Part shown: positions 33,601 to 47,500 of the stretch, piece after piece
Position numbering within the stretch: position 1 is the first letter of the stretch
Layout: the number at the start of each line of letters is the position of its first letter
Assembly: GCA_965202585.1 (NCBI GenBank)
Contig: OZ241834.1
Coordinates: 22,506,001-22,570,000, forward strand
DNA length: 64,000 nucleotides
From: Thalia democratica
Taxonomy: Eukaryota
Reading direction: 5' to 3'
The notes under the pieces: model-generated
The model's database searches: none
What the model was told of the DNA's origin: nothing
What the model saw: only the letters and a program-made list of their open reading frames with translations
Position numbers and translations under genes: made by a program

Positions 33601-35919
33601 ATTTTAAAAAACGTAATCTTAAACATTCAGCTTGTTTAAACAAGTTTAATAATAGTTTTAATTATTTAGAACTTTTTGATTGCATTTCATGACTTAAAAA
33701 AACAAACAACCGTGTTAAAATGTACCAATAAAACTAGAATTAAGTTCACAAAAATAACAAAATTGCCTAAAAATTAAAAAAAAAAAATATCAAAGGTATG
33801 AGGTTTGCACTTGCCGATGCGGGTGACGGCATTGAAGACGCTAATTTCGTAGAAAAAGTTGCAGACAGCGGAGTTTTGAAACTTTACACTTGGATTGAAT
33901 GGTGCCAGAAAGTGCTGGCTGAAAACGAGGTTTGATTAAAAACTGAGCATGTTTAAATTCTTATAGCCATTTTCTGTATTAATCAAAAAAAAATGTTCTA
34001 TTTATTTATAGAATAAAAGGTTAAGCTCAGTCCGTTTCAAAAACAACGAGTTGCAAATGGCTAAAATATCTATTAATACTTATTATTTTTAAACATGCAG
34101 CTTTCTTTAAAAACAAAAATTAACTTTTAAACTAATTCAATAAAGGTTGACCTGGTAGAAAATACCGAGCCGACATACCACGACCGAGTTTTCATGAGCA
34201 AGATAAGCAAGGCGGTGGCGCAAACGAAGAAGCATTACGACAACATGAACTTCAAGGAAGCGCTGAAGACCGGCTGGTTCGAAATGCAGATAGCGAGGGA
34301 CAGGTACCGCGAAATGAGCCAGCAGCAAATGGACAGGAGCGTCATCAGCAACTTCATTAAAGTTCAAACTCTCCTGTTGACGCCAATCTGCCCTCATGTT
34401 TGCGAGCATGTGTGGAGCAACTTGCTCAAACAGGTTTGTGTTAATCAGGAAAAGAATTAATGCGACTTGAAAATATTTACTAAACATATATTTTTACTTA
34501 ACAGTTCTAAAGCATCAAGGTGTAATAATAGTTACTTTTGTCATGCAGAACATAAATAAAAGACTTAAATAAAAATGTAGCAATATTGTTAGACTGTATC
34601 ACCTAAATATTAAATAAACTATTTAGGTTTCACAAAGTATGACAATTTATTACGCAAGAAATTAAAAAAAAATTCAATATAATAATAAATTACAGGATGG
34701 ATTTGTGGTCGACGCAAGTTTTCCATTAGTGGAGAAAGTCAACGAAGTTTTGATCAGATCTTCTGATTTCGTCTTCAACGTTGGCAGCTCTATCAGAACT
34801 AAAATTGCCAGCGAAAAGGCTCTCGCAGAAAAAAAGAAGAGAGAAGTCAGTTTTATTATATCAGATATCGTGTTTTCACAAGTTCAAATTTGTTAATAAG
34901 TTTTTTTTACAGTACAAAAAACCCGACAAAGCAGTTGTTTATGTCGCCAAAACTTATCCTATTTGGCAGCAAAAAACCATCGAATCCGTCAAGTGAGTAT
35001 TTAATTCATTAATTTAAAGTTACTAAATATATCCTGTATTCAGTTAAGCTGATATATGTTAAAATTAAAACACCATTTCAATAAAACTTGATTGATAGTT
35101 TTATTGTTAAGTCTGCCAGATTAAAAGTTAACGTATGTTTTAGGGAAGCTTTTGAAAAGAACGGCAAGCAAGTGGAAAAGGTCGACAAAAAACAACTTAA
35201 CTATCAGCTGAAAGCGTGCGAAGAAACCAAAAAAGAAATGAATAAGGTAATAAATACTAAATACAAAACTTGTTAAACTTAAATTCTAATTTCGTTGCGA
35301 GTTTTTTCTATGTTTTACGTAATTTCAATGAAATATTCTAGACATAATTGATAAGTTCGAATATAACTTTTAATTGATATTTTTTACATATGTATACAGT
35401 TTATTAACGTTTTTGTTTTATTATAAACGTTGACTATTAACAAATACAAATACTGAATGTTCAGGTAATGCCGTTTGTGAACGACCTGTTGAAGCAAGTA
35501 GTGGAAGTTGGTTGCGACGAAGCTTTTCAGTTGGAATCTCCTTTCGATGAGGCTGAAACAATGAAAGCTTGCTACGAATACCTCGTCTCTTCTTCAGAGG
35601 TTATTATATCTCGTATTAGTATATTTAAGAAGTACAATCTTAGCTTTTAACAGTTTAGCGTCAAAATTTCTACCGGAGATAAAACTACTTAATAAAACAT
35701 TGTTAAATTAATTAAAAAAACACAACGTTCATGTGTTTGCTTTTTGTTGATTAAACACTAAAATCTTCTTGTTATTTCCAGTTGGAATTGGTTGAGTTTG
35801 AAACTGCCAACCCGGAAGACCAGGCTCAAAGCAAGGCGCGACCCGGAAAACCGGTGATCAAATTGGTGCAGACTCCATCAGCAGTACTGGAAGTAAGCAA
35901 GTTGAGCTTGAACCAGTAA
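27667..35919 (+). CDS. LARS1: Cytosolic leucyl-tRNA synthetase, 19 coding exons, 1079 aa
   Basis: Exons: 27667-27669 (ATG), 27899-28020, 28538-28812, 29054-29328, 29696-29856, 30077-30518, 30978-31127, 31361-31518, 31755-32039, 32661-32806, 33018-33148, 33480-33543, 33796-33929, 34146-34433, 34696-34845, 34913-34992, 35144-35246, 35465-35599, 35782-35919. All are GT-AG, phases agree, total 3240 nt. Motifs: [14 protein letters not shown] (HIGH), [19 protein letters not shown] and [15 protein letters not shown] (CP1 editing), [10 protein letters not shown]|MSKS. AATAAA at 36011. Confidence 0.96.
32233..32645 (+). repeat. ~195-bp tandem duplication (2 full copies plus a partial one) in LARS1 intron 9
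   Basis: Units begin aact(a/g)ctgaataatgc at ~32233, ~32425 and ~32626. Both full units share the block taagtatgataatgtttgacttcattttctgattttagttttgaagttata. Confidence 0.8.
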
Positions 35920-38900
35920 TATGCACTTATTTGCTTGCATGTCATTTATTTATTTGAGCACTTATATTGAGCAATTATTTGCATTTATTACGTGCATTTT
36001 TTTTCGTAGGAATAAATTTTATTAGGAGTCAATTGAGTTCACGTGCTTTTTTTGTTTTTGTGCTAGTTTGCTTACTTTCAAGTTTTTTCATTTGTTTTTT
36101 TCTTGTTTTGAAAAAAAAAATGTTGATTAAAATTCTAGTATGTCGTTTAGAGTTTAAGTATAAAAGTTTATTCATTAGTTGTTGGTTTGTATTTACTTAA
36201 TTGCTTCTTGATCAACTAATTAACAAAAATTAAGTATAAACACAAGCATAAATTTAGATATATCTATAGATTGGCTTAAAGTTGTCAAGGAAGTCAATAA
36301 AAAAAATTTCTAATATTATATAACAGTAAAAGACCTGAGTAACAATTTTGACACGTGGAAGTTTTCCAAGTGCTGATGCGATTTTTGGGTTACTTTTTTA
36401 AGCCATTGAAACAAATTTATAAAACGCAGTGCTTGAGTTTTATTAAAGCCTGAATATAATTGTGTAGACATATCATTTATTTGCAAAAGCAAAAACAAAA
36501 GTTTTTAATATTAAGACTTTTGTACAACAATAATTTTAATTTTAACTATTTCCCTTATTAAAACTAACTAAAGAATGGCAAAAATAGGTGATCAAATAGA
36601 AAAACAAGATTAAAATACAAAATAATAAGTGCATTATGAAAAATAACGTAAAAACTAAGAAACCACTAATTAAAATGTGTTTTTTTGTCTATAAAAATAA
36701 TTAACTTAGTTCTTAATTATTTTCATGATCAAAGCTGGAAAATAAGACTAGTTTAAATCAAACATTTTAATCATTGCTTCAATTGCTAACAAGCTACTAC
36801 AATATTTTCATAATTTTATTACTCCGAAACCATTAAAGATATTATCTCAATTTTCACTCAAACTGAATTTAAAATATCAGCGTTTAATTGTTCAAGGTTC
36901 TTTTATACAAGACTGAAAATATATTTACTCTAATGAAGACAAATCAAACTGAAACTCTAGTCGTCGAAAAACTAGTAAAAGATGTTAGATATCTAAACTG
37001 CGAGAAATACTAAACATATATAAAATTCTATTCAGTCTTTACTAAACTTTGGGCTAGAAGTAAGTTACGAAATGACAACATTAAAGCATGATAATGTTTA
37101 AGATTTATAAATAAACGCTATTAGTTCAAGAGAAACCATAGAAAAGATGTAAAATTTTCAAATAATTGTACAGAAATAAGAATACAACAATTAAGTATTA
37201 ATTTAAAATATGAAACTGGATCTAATTTTGATTTTGTTGTGAGGAAGGTAAAATAAATCCGGAGTTGAACATATATTCTAATTAGTTCCAGAATTTTGTT
37301 TACAATTAAATTAACACTTATCCTACCTTATAGCGACAAGACCCTATAATAGTTTAAAAAACAAATTATGATGTTTGCAATGAATGCACTGAAGTACAAG
37401 TAAATAACAGTGTGTTTATCTGACCATAGCTAAAAATCAAAATATTTAATTAGTGTACGAATAACAATAATTTAAATGGTTAAGTTTAAATAATAACAAA
37501 CTGATGAAGCTTGGTATAATTGATACTAAATTCTTAAAGAGAAAGATGAAATAAATCACAAGTTTAAATATACTTTTCAGTTATCTAAGAAGTTTGTTCA
37601 CCAATATTTGTCTACTGAAAATGACCTCAAGTCAAACTTTACAAGCAAGCAAAAGTTAGACTTAATAAAAGTGAGAAATTTAATTAAACTATGGTAACAG
37701 TGTAGGCTATGTGTTTAAGACAACTCAATACTACAAACAGTATGTTTATCGTAGTTCGTAATAGCGAGCCTCAGCAAACAAACCGCTTTGTAGACCATAT
37801 TTTAGTTGACATTAAATCTGGACAGAAGTGTTAGTAAATATTATTTAACTTCTAATAAATGAGACTACTGAATAATGACGCAACGATCACGCAAAATAAT
37901 TTTTTTAGAAAACCCGAGCAAATTATGTCAAATATAAGATATTTTGGTCTTATAATCAATGCAAATAAAATGTAAAAGTCTCTTCTTTTATGTAGACAAA
38001 ATAAGACGTAAACTGTTTCTGTAGAATAGCAGAAGTTTAAAATAAGTCGTTCATAACTAATTTTTTTTTGCCATTCCAATTTTTGTTATTCAAACTTAAA
38101 TATGCTTAAAACTTACTAAGTATACTAAATCCTGTATCATTTGAGAATTTTAAATTACCCAAGCCAAGAGGATATCTTTCAATATTTGTGCAAAAGTTCG
38201 CAGGCACAATACCCTCCGAAGGATTCACAAATATCGAAAGTTTTCCGTCACCACTTCAACTCAAAACCGAACCACATCTTAAACCTGAGTACCACACTTT
38301 TATATGGTTTGACGGTTAAGCTTACTACCTGAGATTTAAGCGTAATTAGGCTTTCAAAAAAAAGTGTCTTGGTAACATTAATTTATTTGGTCAGTAATCC
38401 TGAAAAATGGTGCGATAAGGTCTTAATTTACTAAATAAGCGAAACTGTACGGTAGGCAGCTTGTTAATATTGCGGTAGGTTACTGTAATATATGTAAAGT
38501 TGTCTCAAATACATTGCCGCGACTGTTACCATACTTTTATTTTATACACTGCTTTAAATTGACTAAAATTCTTGTTTGTTAATAATACATAACTTGCAAT
38601 TTTTTATGTTTACAATTAAAAAAAGTTCTCAATTTATAAATAAGGTAAACAATACCACTTTAGATTTTATTATCAAAACAATGTGTCTCTCACTTAAACA
38701 ATTCTAATTGAATCAGTGTTTATTAATAACTAAGTTTGTTTATTACTAACAAAGTTTACTGTACTTTCGAATTTTTTTTTTGCAACAATAAACCACCTTA
38801 AACTCAATAAAAATACCATCAAGTTAGAAGTAAAACTAAAGTTTTATTTTAGATAGAGTAAATATTTATTAATTTAAGATTTTTATGGAGTTTAAGGTCA

Positions 38901-39736
38901 GATAGTTTAGCTTATTTAAAAAACAATTTCGTGGATTCTTAGTTTAACTGTTTCGTTACAGATAAGTTTTGATAAATTTATTTTGCTTATTTGTGCTGCT
39001 TAACGAAAACAATGGCGAAAGTCTACTCAAAAGAGTCGAAGCCTGGAATTTCGTATGCCGTGAGACAAGCTCGAGTTAACAAGGTTTGATCATACCAATT
39101 CGATCATCAGACCACAAGACAACCGAAAGACTTGTAGTCATCAATGTACAGACGGGTTGTGATGACAAATCATGAAGTGGACGTTTGTGCTTGATGAGCT
39201 AATTACTTTTTTTAAATTACTTCTAGCGTTTAAATACACCTTTAAGTTGAACTAGACCTTTGGTTCAATCACGTTATACTTAAATAAAATTTCGTACACC
39301 TAGTATATTGAACAAGTTTTGAACACTGTTCGATAAAAATTTCAATAACATCTACATTGTTTTTGCCACTTGTATGTTTAATTGAAAAGCTAAATTTTGA
39401 AAGTTCAGTTTCGACAGTAACATTGCCACTTTTAAAATGCACAAAAATTGTACTGCTCGACAGAAAAATATTAGTATTTTTTTGAATTAGCAATTCCGAA
39501 ACTACTAAATCGTTCGCTTAAAAAAAAACGTTACTCAAACTCTTTTTGCTAATTATTTTTAGCTCAATGTTTTACATCAAATATCTGTACTTGATAGCAA
39601 AATAAAAATAAATTACGCATTTAAAAAAATAAACTTTTGTCAACTCGTTAAAACAATTAAAAAGTTGTTCAGCCATATCTACTACGTTACTTTAAAGTAA
39701 AATTACGCTTAATATTTAAGACAGCTTGGTATATAC

Positions 39737-39785
39737 CAGGGGTGGGCAACATACGACCCTCGGACCGGATTCCTCGCGCTAAGCA
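39737..39785 (+). mobile_element. Left end of a Charlie-like hAT MITE (right end not identified)
   Basis: CAGGGGTGGGCAAC followed by a degenerate GC-rich subterminal stretch; same terminus type as 41676-42324. Confidence 0.45.
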
Positions 39786-41275
39786 AGACATCTAGCCTGC
39801 AACGTTATTTTTTAGCTTGCAAACAAACTGTAAAAACAAAAAAAAATTAAATTGAAGTTTTATTCAATTATTCAGAAAATAACAATTCCAATGTGTGTTT
39901 TAAAGCTACACACTTAATTTTTAATGCCTTGTCAAAAACTTAAGCATGATAACGTAACATAAAAAAAAAACTAGTTTTATAAGTTTTGTCATCTTTATTT
40001 GCTTGGTAGTCCCTAAAACTTTTTAAAATTTTAGTTCTACTTTGATCTGACAAAAGAAAATAAATTGCTTTAAATTTCCTTAACTATTTATTTTTTGCGC
40101 AACAAGTCAATGTAAGACTAAAAAGATCGATATTTATATTAGTTTCAAAAAAATTCTGTTGCTTAATGAAAAAAAATAAGTAAGAACATTTGTTATATAT
40201 CATTTAAGTTTTAATAGTTTATAATTAATGTCTGATATACCTGATTTAATATTCTCATTATTCTGCTTTTATTTCTTGCTATGTAAATATTCAAAATAAG
40301 GACAATTTTTTTACTTAAAATAATATTTTTGAAATCGTTTAAACCAGTGTTAATACTAAACTACTTTGCTTATTTTCATGGAAATTTCCAGTCTGAGCAT
40401 ATTTTTGCTTTGAAAAACATAACAGTTAATTGTTATATAACTTATTATCTATTTTTGGTTGACTACATTTAGTCAGGTGCAAAAAATAAGCTGAATTCGG
40501 TTTAAAGCTGTTTATATTGTTAAAAACTCAATTTTTTATTGTTTATGAGATATGTTTCCAAGAAAATTAGTTACAAAACCCTCTAAAAAAGTCAATACAA
40601 TACCTAAAATTTTTATAACTTTGAAACTTACAACGCAGAAAATACCAACACTTTAAAATCAACATGAAAAATTTGTTTGAGTTATCATCGTGAAGTGTGT
40701 TCATTTAATTTTTTAAATATTCTTAACTGTAAACCGTTTGTTTTCTAACTAGCGTCCACACACAAATTTTATTAAATACCGGCTCGTGAGGTGGTGCATT
40801 TTACTAGCTATAATATTAAAAACACACTATTTAAAGTTTTAGTTTTGTTTTCAAAGTAACCTTCTTATGAAACATCAATTTAGATTATGACCATTTTGCT
40901 CAACGTGCGCATTTTCTGTACAGCTCAGCGCGGTTTTGGAGAAGTTGTTTTTTATGTTGCTTGAATTAAGATTTCGCATTTAAAATTTACCTACAACGTT
41001 AAGCTTGAGTTAAATTAATTTTTTTAATTTACTAAATTAGTGTCTAAGAATTTTAACTGTTCTAGTGTCACCCCAAGTACGAGGGTATAGCGATGGTCAT
41101 AGATCGAACTGATTTTTTCCTACTACGCCTCACATAAAGTTAAGCCTGAGTAGTCAATCTATACTTGACTAGGTTTTATTATTGATAAGAAGTATACAGT
41201 AAGTTGATTAAAAAATATATATAGGAGGATAAATAATTTATATAAATTAAGGATGAAAATGTTATTATTTTGTAA

Positions 41276-41574
41276 AGGGGTCGGCAACCTTTTATAATTC
41301 GCGGGTCAATTTTTCTATGATAGCTTGCTCGCGGGCCGCATTGAATAGACTAAGTATTTAGCTGGCCGCTTTTAATTTAAAATAGCTATAGTAACTAATA
41401 ATAAATTACTTTTTTAAACCAAAATAGTAAAAAAAACAATAATAGAGCGGTAGTAAAGAGCCTAATTGAATGTTTTTACCACAAAGATTTTGTACTTTAT
41501 TGTTTTAAAGAATTATGTTTTTATCTAAAAAGTACCACGCATTTGACTCAAGGGCTACAATTTGCCAACCTTTT
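41276..41574. mobile_element. Degenerate Charlie-like hAT MITE (~300 bp)
   Basis: Left AGGGGTCGGCAACCTT...GCGGGCCGCA; degenerate right end TTTGCCAACCTTTT. Confidence 0.5.
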
Positions 41575-41675
41575 ACTAATCTGATAACTTTCAGTACTGT
41601 GTTTAAAGACAAGTAATAAATTTTATAAAAAATGATAATACATACATAAATAGTCAGTAAAAGTATATACTGTAC

Positions 41676-42324
41676 TAGGAGTGGGCAACGTTTTTAAATC
41701 AGCAGGCCGGGTCCGGAAAAATTTAGTCTTTTGCGGGCCGGAGCGTTTCGAATTAGTAATTTCCCGGATCCACCCGAGTAATGACTTTTTTGATCCGGAT
41801 CCGACTAGATACTAATTTTAAGTCGAGATCCGGATCCAGTCGGATTCTAATTCAAATAAAAGTTTCGCATCCGGCCGGAGTCTAAATTTATGGATACAGT
41901 TAATCACTTTTTTAACCCTTCAGATTCACAAAAATTTCTCATATCTGACAACTTAAGATGTAGATTGAGACATGTCAGACGTTTAGAAAATATCTATAAA
42001 AAGAATAAACATTTCAATTGAAAAAGATACGTATGTAAAAAATCGTACTTAAAAAAACACTTTGTTTGGGGTTACTTGACAAAAAAATATTCAAACTAAG
42101 TTAGAACAACACAAAATATTAGGACAAAATGGTGTGTTTATAAGTACACATTAATTTATAATGAAGTTTTTTAACATGTTTTAAAGTCTAATTCTTACAG
42201 TTTCGTTTTGTAAAAATATAATACAAAGTTTTAAAATTAATTTGTAATATTGACCCTTTGCAGGCCTGTCATTTTCACTCTGCGGGCCGGATCCGGCCCG
42301 CGGGCCGTACGTTGCCCACCCCTA
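41676..42324. mobile_element. Charlie-like hAT MITE (649 bp)
   Basis: 16-bp TIR TAGGAGTGGGCAACGT / ACGTTGCCCACCCCTA (1 mismatch), subterminal GCGGGCCGG palindromic motifs, and a degenerate 8-bp TSD TACTGTAC / TACTATAT. Confidence 0.85.
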
Positions 42325-44539
42325 TACTATATTGTATAACTTTTTTTTTTGTTTTCATTGTCAAATAAACTTATAAAATACAAAAACAACTACTGAGTTT
42401 TTTATCCGATATGATAGCAGAAAAAACTTAATAAAACGTTTTTTTTTTGATTAGTACTTATTAAAACGTTTATAGTGTATAGTAATTTAAAAATTTAAAT
42501 TAACATAAAAAATTTGCAGATTTTTGTTTGTAAATTTATGTATGCACTTAAAAGAATGATAAAATAGCATTAGATCACAAATATGTGTTTACTTTTTTCT
42601 CAATATAATTTTTTTTATAAATCTCGTTTTTTAATTAATTTAATTACAACTAAGTATTTCGTAAACTAGTTTTAAAATTAAAATTCGAAACAGCATTGCT
42701 CAATATCCGACGATAATTTGATATAATGCAAATAATGATTTTTTTTAAATAGTTTGTAATATGGTTTTTGGTTTAAGTGTATAAAGTTTAATAAAGTACT
42801 AAAACATTTTAAAAATAATGTTAACTGTTTAAATACTTGATCAAAATTAAACTTTTGATTTATGAAGAAAAAACAACTAATTAAAAGCAAGACAAAATAC
42901 GTTCATTATATGTTTTGAACAAATATTTGAATGTTTATTGTTACACAAAAATAATAAATTGACAAGTTTTTGTTTAGTTTAAACAACAAAACTTTTATAA
43001 CTAGCAAAAGTATGCTTTGATATAAAAACGCCAGCAATAGTAATCTCTAAATTTATGGCTAATGCAAAAGTTTAACCTTTTGGCTTGAAACAGTCATTAA
43101 AAAATAACTGTTTTTATTAAAAGTAATCAAAATAATTCAATTTTGTAGCTATTTTGTATTAAGAAAAAACTTTTAGTTGTTTCAGGTACAAAACAAAAAT
43201 AGAAAAAATAACAACTTTTTTAGTAGTACAATAATTTTCTTGATACCTCTAAAATACAAAACTTTGACAAACTTTCTTTTAAATATATTGCTGTAGCAAG
43301 CTTTTAAAGAAAGCGTTAAAAATACGAGAAGTAGTTGAGCTTTTTTTTTAAAGAAACTTTTGGTAGTAATTTGTACCTGAAATACTTTAGATGGTTTACG
43401 AAAGGTTTATTAAATAATCACAACTTTCACAAAACTTTGTTAAAACGTTGTTGAAAATTTTACGTTTCTCCCTAAATTAAATTTACGACATTTCAAACTA
43501 AAGCGACTGCAATTTAATTAAAAAGTTTATTACTTTTAAATTACAAATATAGAACTACGCAATGAATAAAAGGGGCAAAGGGTACTGAAACTATGATCTC
43601 AGTTTTAAAACATAGTAAGTAGATAGTTTGTGTAAAAGCTTTGTTCTTCCTTCTCCACTCTTTGGCCATTTGTTTTCTACTCGCAATATCTGAAATATAG
43701 TATATGACAGGGTAAAAACTTTATAATTAAAAAACTTTAACAAAACCGTGTCAATATTAATTCAATCGTTCTTTATACGTTAGAAGTTAATATATAAAGA
43801 TTCAGTAATGCGATTTAGTATAAAGTTTTGTTAAAACACAATCCATTGGTGAAAAATTTGATTATTTAATCAAACATGATTTCGTATTTTTTACAATAAA
43901 ATTAAAAGTAGTAACAATGGGATCGGAAAACGCGGCTAAAGGGAATTAATGTATTAAAATAATTAAAAAACTTTAATGTATATATACCAAAAATTAGTTT
44001 TAATAGACAAAAAGAACTAAATAGTGTTTTGTTATAACTGTTGTTAAACTTAATATTGAAGTAGTACATTTGTTACATTAAACATAACAAGGTAGTTTAA
44101 TTTACATTGAAAAAACTACTAGAAGAGAACACAATTTCTTTATTGATTTGCATAAAAACACAAGGATAACAAGTTAAAATAAATATAAACATAACTAACT
44201 GGTTAAACTCGAAAAAGTTTTTATTTTTTTCTTAACTATTATATGTTTTCAACTTAATTCAAACTTTTCTTATAAAAAGGCTACTAAAACCTCATCTGAT
44301 TGTGTTAAAATATAAAGCTACTACTAATGTAACAAACTAAATAAAGTAAACCATTTTAAAAGAGCTCAAACAAATTTCTAAATAGTTCAACCAATTCTCT
44401 CAAAACTTGAAGGCGCAAAACTTTTCATTTAAAAAACAATTTTTTAAATTAATTTGTTTAAAATACAATCAAACAAAAACAAGGCAGGCTCACCCGTCCA
44501 ATCAAAAATTCTCCTTTCAATTTCGTCCAATCACAGCGC

Positions 44540-47500
44540 TCACACCCTCCACATGAGCAGGTGATTGGTGGAATCCTCCCGACCCGAACTTTCAGGCGTC
44601 GACGATGCCCCCGAGCTGCTGAAGTCCTCGTATCTGTTAAAATAAAAATATCCAAATTTGTTTATTACAAATTAAAAAAAAAAACTTTTCTTTGTCGTTG
44701 ATCGATAGTTTAGTAACAGTTTTAGACTAAATTGAAATCTAATAAAAATTCTCATACCCGTCTCCACCACTGATGACGACGGTGTAGCTGTGGTCTGATT
44801 GGTTCACGCTCGTCACGCTCGAGTGCTTCCGCTTCGTCGAAGATCTTTTCAGCGAATCTGGAAATGATTAAACAGTCAGTAGTACACGCACAAGTATATA
44901 AAGACGCTCAGTTCCCACCCGATCGAATCCGAGAACCGCTTACCGACCAAGGGTAAGAGTGATAACAAAAAATTGTTTTCGGTGGGAATTGTGAGCATAC
45001 CATATATAACTAATTAAAATATAAAGATCTATACATAAGTACACATATAAATTCTAGTTATGCACGAACAAAATCTATCAAAATTAAAAAAGCCTTTTGT
45101 CACACAAGTTTAAGAATTAAATAAAGGTACTACTTTTTTTTTTGAATACAAAAGTATTCTGTAAAATTAACTTCTAGAAAATTTAAAAAAAAGTTCACCC
45201 GATATCATAGGCTCTATTACACATAGTAAAACAAAAAAAAACACAAAAATTTAAACTTGAAAATAATACGTTTAGATAACAAAAGACGATTTTTGCTGTT
45301 CAATTGCGAGCTACGTTTGAACTAACTAAAAATTTAAATACACACTTTTCTACTTAGTATATTTTATTGCTTAATTCCTCGTTAAATAAACACCCAAAAA
45401 CTTTTTTAATACTCATAAAAAAACAACTGGCAATTGTTACTTCTAAAAAGTTTTAAAAAATTACCCGATACCATATGCTCAATTACAGACCGTAAAACAA
45501 TAAAACGTCTAAAATTAAAACTTTAATCAGAAGTATCTAAAATAAGAAATTCAATTAGTTATTTATAGAGTTTTAACTTAAAATATTTTATCACTTCATT
45601 AATTATAATAAAAAATTCAACAACTTAAAAAACAAACTTTTCTTGCCCTGGTAACTGTTGTAGTACTTGACGGCGGTGAGGAAGCGCACGTGGCCCGTGT
45701 GGCCGTAGGGGAGTCCCCGGGGAACGAGTATGTTGGGTATGGACGTGGTCGACATGACGATGCTGGGGATCTGCAGGGTGAGCACCACCCCGCCCGAGGT
45801 GCCCACCCACAAGAGGTCGCTGCACACCAGCAACGAGGTTATTCTCAGGCAGGCCGCCTTGTGCTGCCGGATGATGGCGTCCGAGCCTGAAAAATATTTA
45901 ATTAAATTAAATCTTCTTAAAATTTTGATTTTAAGCAAGAAAAATTACAGGAATGCAATCATTTCGTGAGTTTATGTTAAACAAATAAAGTGTTGTAAGA
46001 CGCAGATTTTAAATAAAAGAAAAAACATAAAAACTAAACACCAAAAATAAATTATTAGGGGTTTAGCAGAACATTGAAGTCATAAATTTTAATCATAATT
46101 GTATATACTTATAGTTTAATTTTTAAACCGTATTTTCATTAAAAGTTAAAAAAGCAAAGCTAACTAAAGTTTATAAAACTAATACACTTTATGAAAAACT
46201 TCAGTTAATTTTGATCCTTTTATATAGAAAACTTATGTTTATACAAAGTAAAAATACAATTGTTTACATATACGTTTGTATTTTATAACTTTGTTTATAA
46301 CTTTACCTGAATGACACTAAAAACTATTAGTTTAATTTTTGTTCAAAACTTATTTAGTTAATAAACAAAGTAGTTGTACAAACCATATAGTATACTACAA
46401 CTTTTCCTACAGAGAAATGTAATTAGCTTCATTGCTTATTTAAACAAATTCAAGGTTGTGCAAAAGTAAATTCGAGTGGAAATTTAAATACAGCGAAGCG
46501 CTTGTTACGCAATAATGCAATTATAAAATCCCACAGCCGTCATGAAGACATCCGAACACTTCGGAATGCAGATGAACTTGCACAAAAAACATTCGCAACG
46601 AGTGACGTTGACAAACTTATCATGGAAAAATTGTTTAATATAAAAAAATTGTAGGAATTCTAACATGGTCACGAGCTGGTACTGACTTGTAAAGTCTTTC
46701 GCTCGCAACAATCGCTAAAAATACTTGCAGTTTGTTTTAATTAACTCTGTAAGTTGCATAACATCTGTGTGAAAAATTTTTAAATATTCATTTTAAATGA
46801 AGCTTTACCTGGTAAAAATGGTAAGTAACAAAAGAGCTTGACAGGACAAGATTATAGCAACATAACTAAAAAATAAAACTCAACAATTAACTTTATAAAG
46901 CTAGGCGATTAAGTTAAAGCTTAGGAAGACGACATATGTTTTTATTACTGTAGAAATTTGAAAAGTTACTATTTATCAAGCTATGTATTCAACCAACATT
47001 TCAGCATGTCGTCAACAGCCTGATGAACGTTTATTTCTGTCAGCTGGTTCTGGTGGACGGAGTGGTACAACTTTATAATCGACCTTTTGTCCATGGCTAT
47101 CCAAACCCCGTACCCGCAACTTGCCATGCATTGGATCTGAAAAGGCGTGATAAATTGGTTAATCAGTTTTTGTAATTACTTGCTTATATCAGCCATAGCT
47201 TTTTATCATACGAGTTGAGAGTTATGTTCCTCGTTATATTACTTAGTTATAATGTTTTTTAGTGTGTTTGTGAAAAAACTAAATGCTAATAAAAAAACAT
47301 AAACTACTATTCAAAGATGACCACTGAAATTGCAGCAGTCAAGTTGTTCAAATGTGGGCATGACAAGCTTCGTCTTGTGATGCTTGCTAATAGTATCCCT
47401 ATTCAAAGTAACAAAACTATGTTGCAAAATTTGTGGATTCGGTTTTTGTAAATAAAGTTGTAATTGGTATAATGATAAGCCTAGCTTGTGGGCCTACAAA

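Noticed and set aside
39107-39143. C/D-box-like hairpin on the minus strand (TGATGA-stem-CTGA)
   Set aside because: Only 37 nt, with no guide region and no terminal stem; too small for a snoRNA.
45638-45647. GC-AG donor at CAG G|GCAAGA
   Set aside because: An in-phase GT donor (A|GTTTGT) of the locally common type lies 9 nt further and is more parsimonious; unresolved without RNA data.
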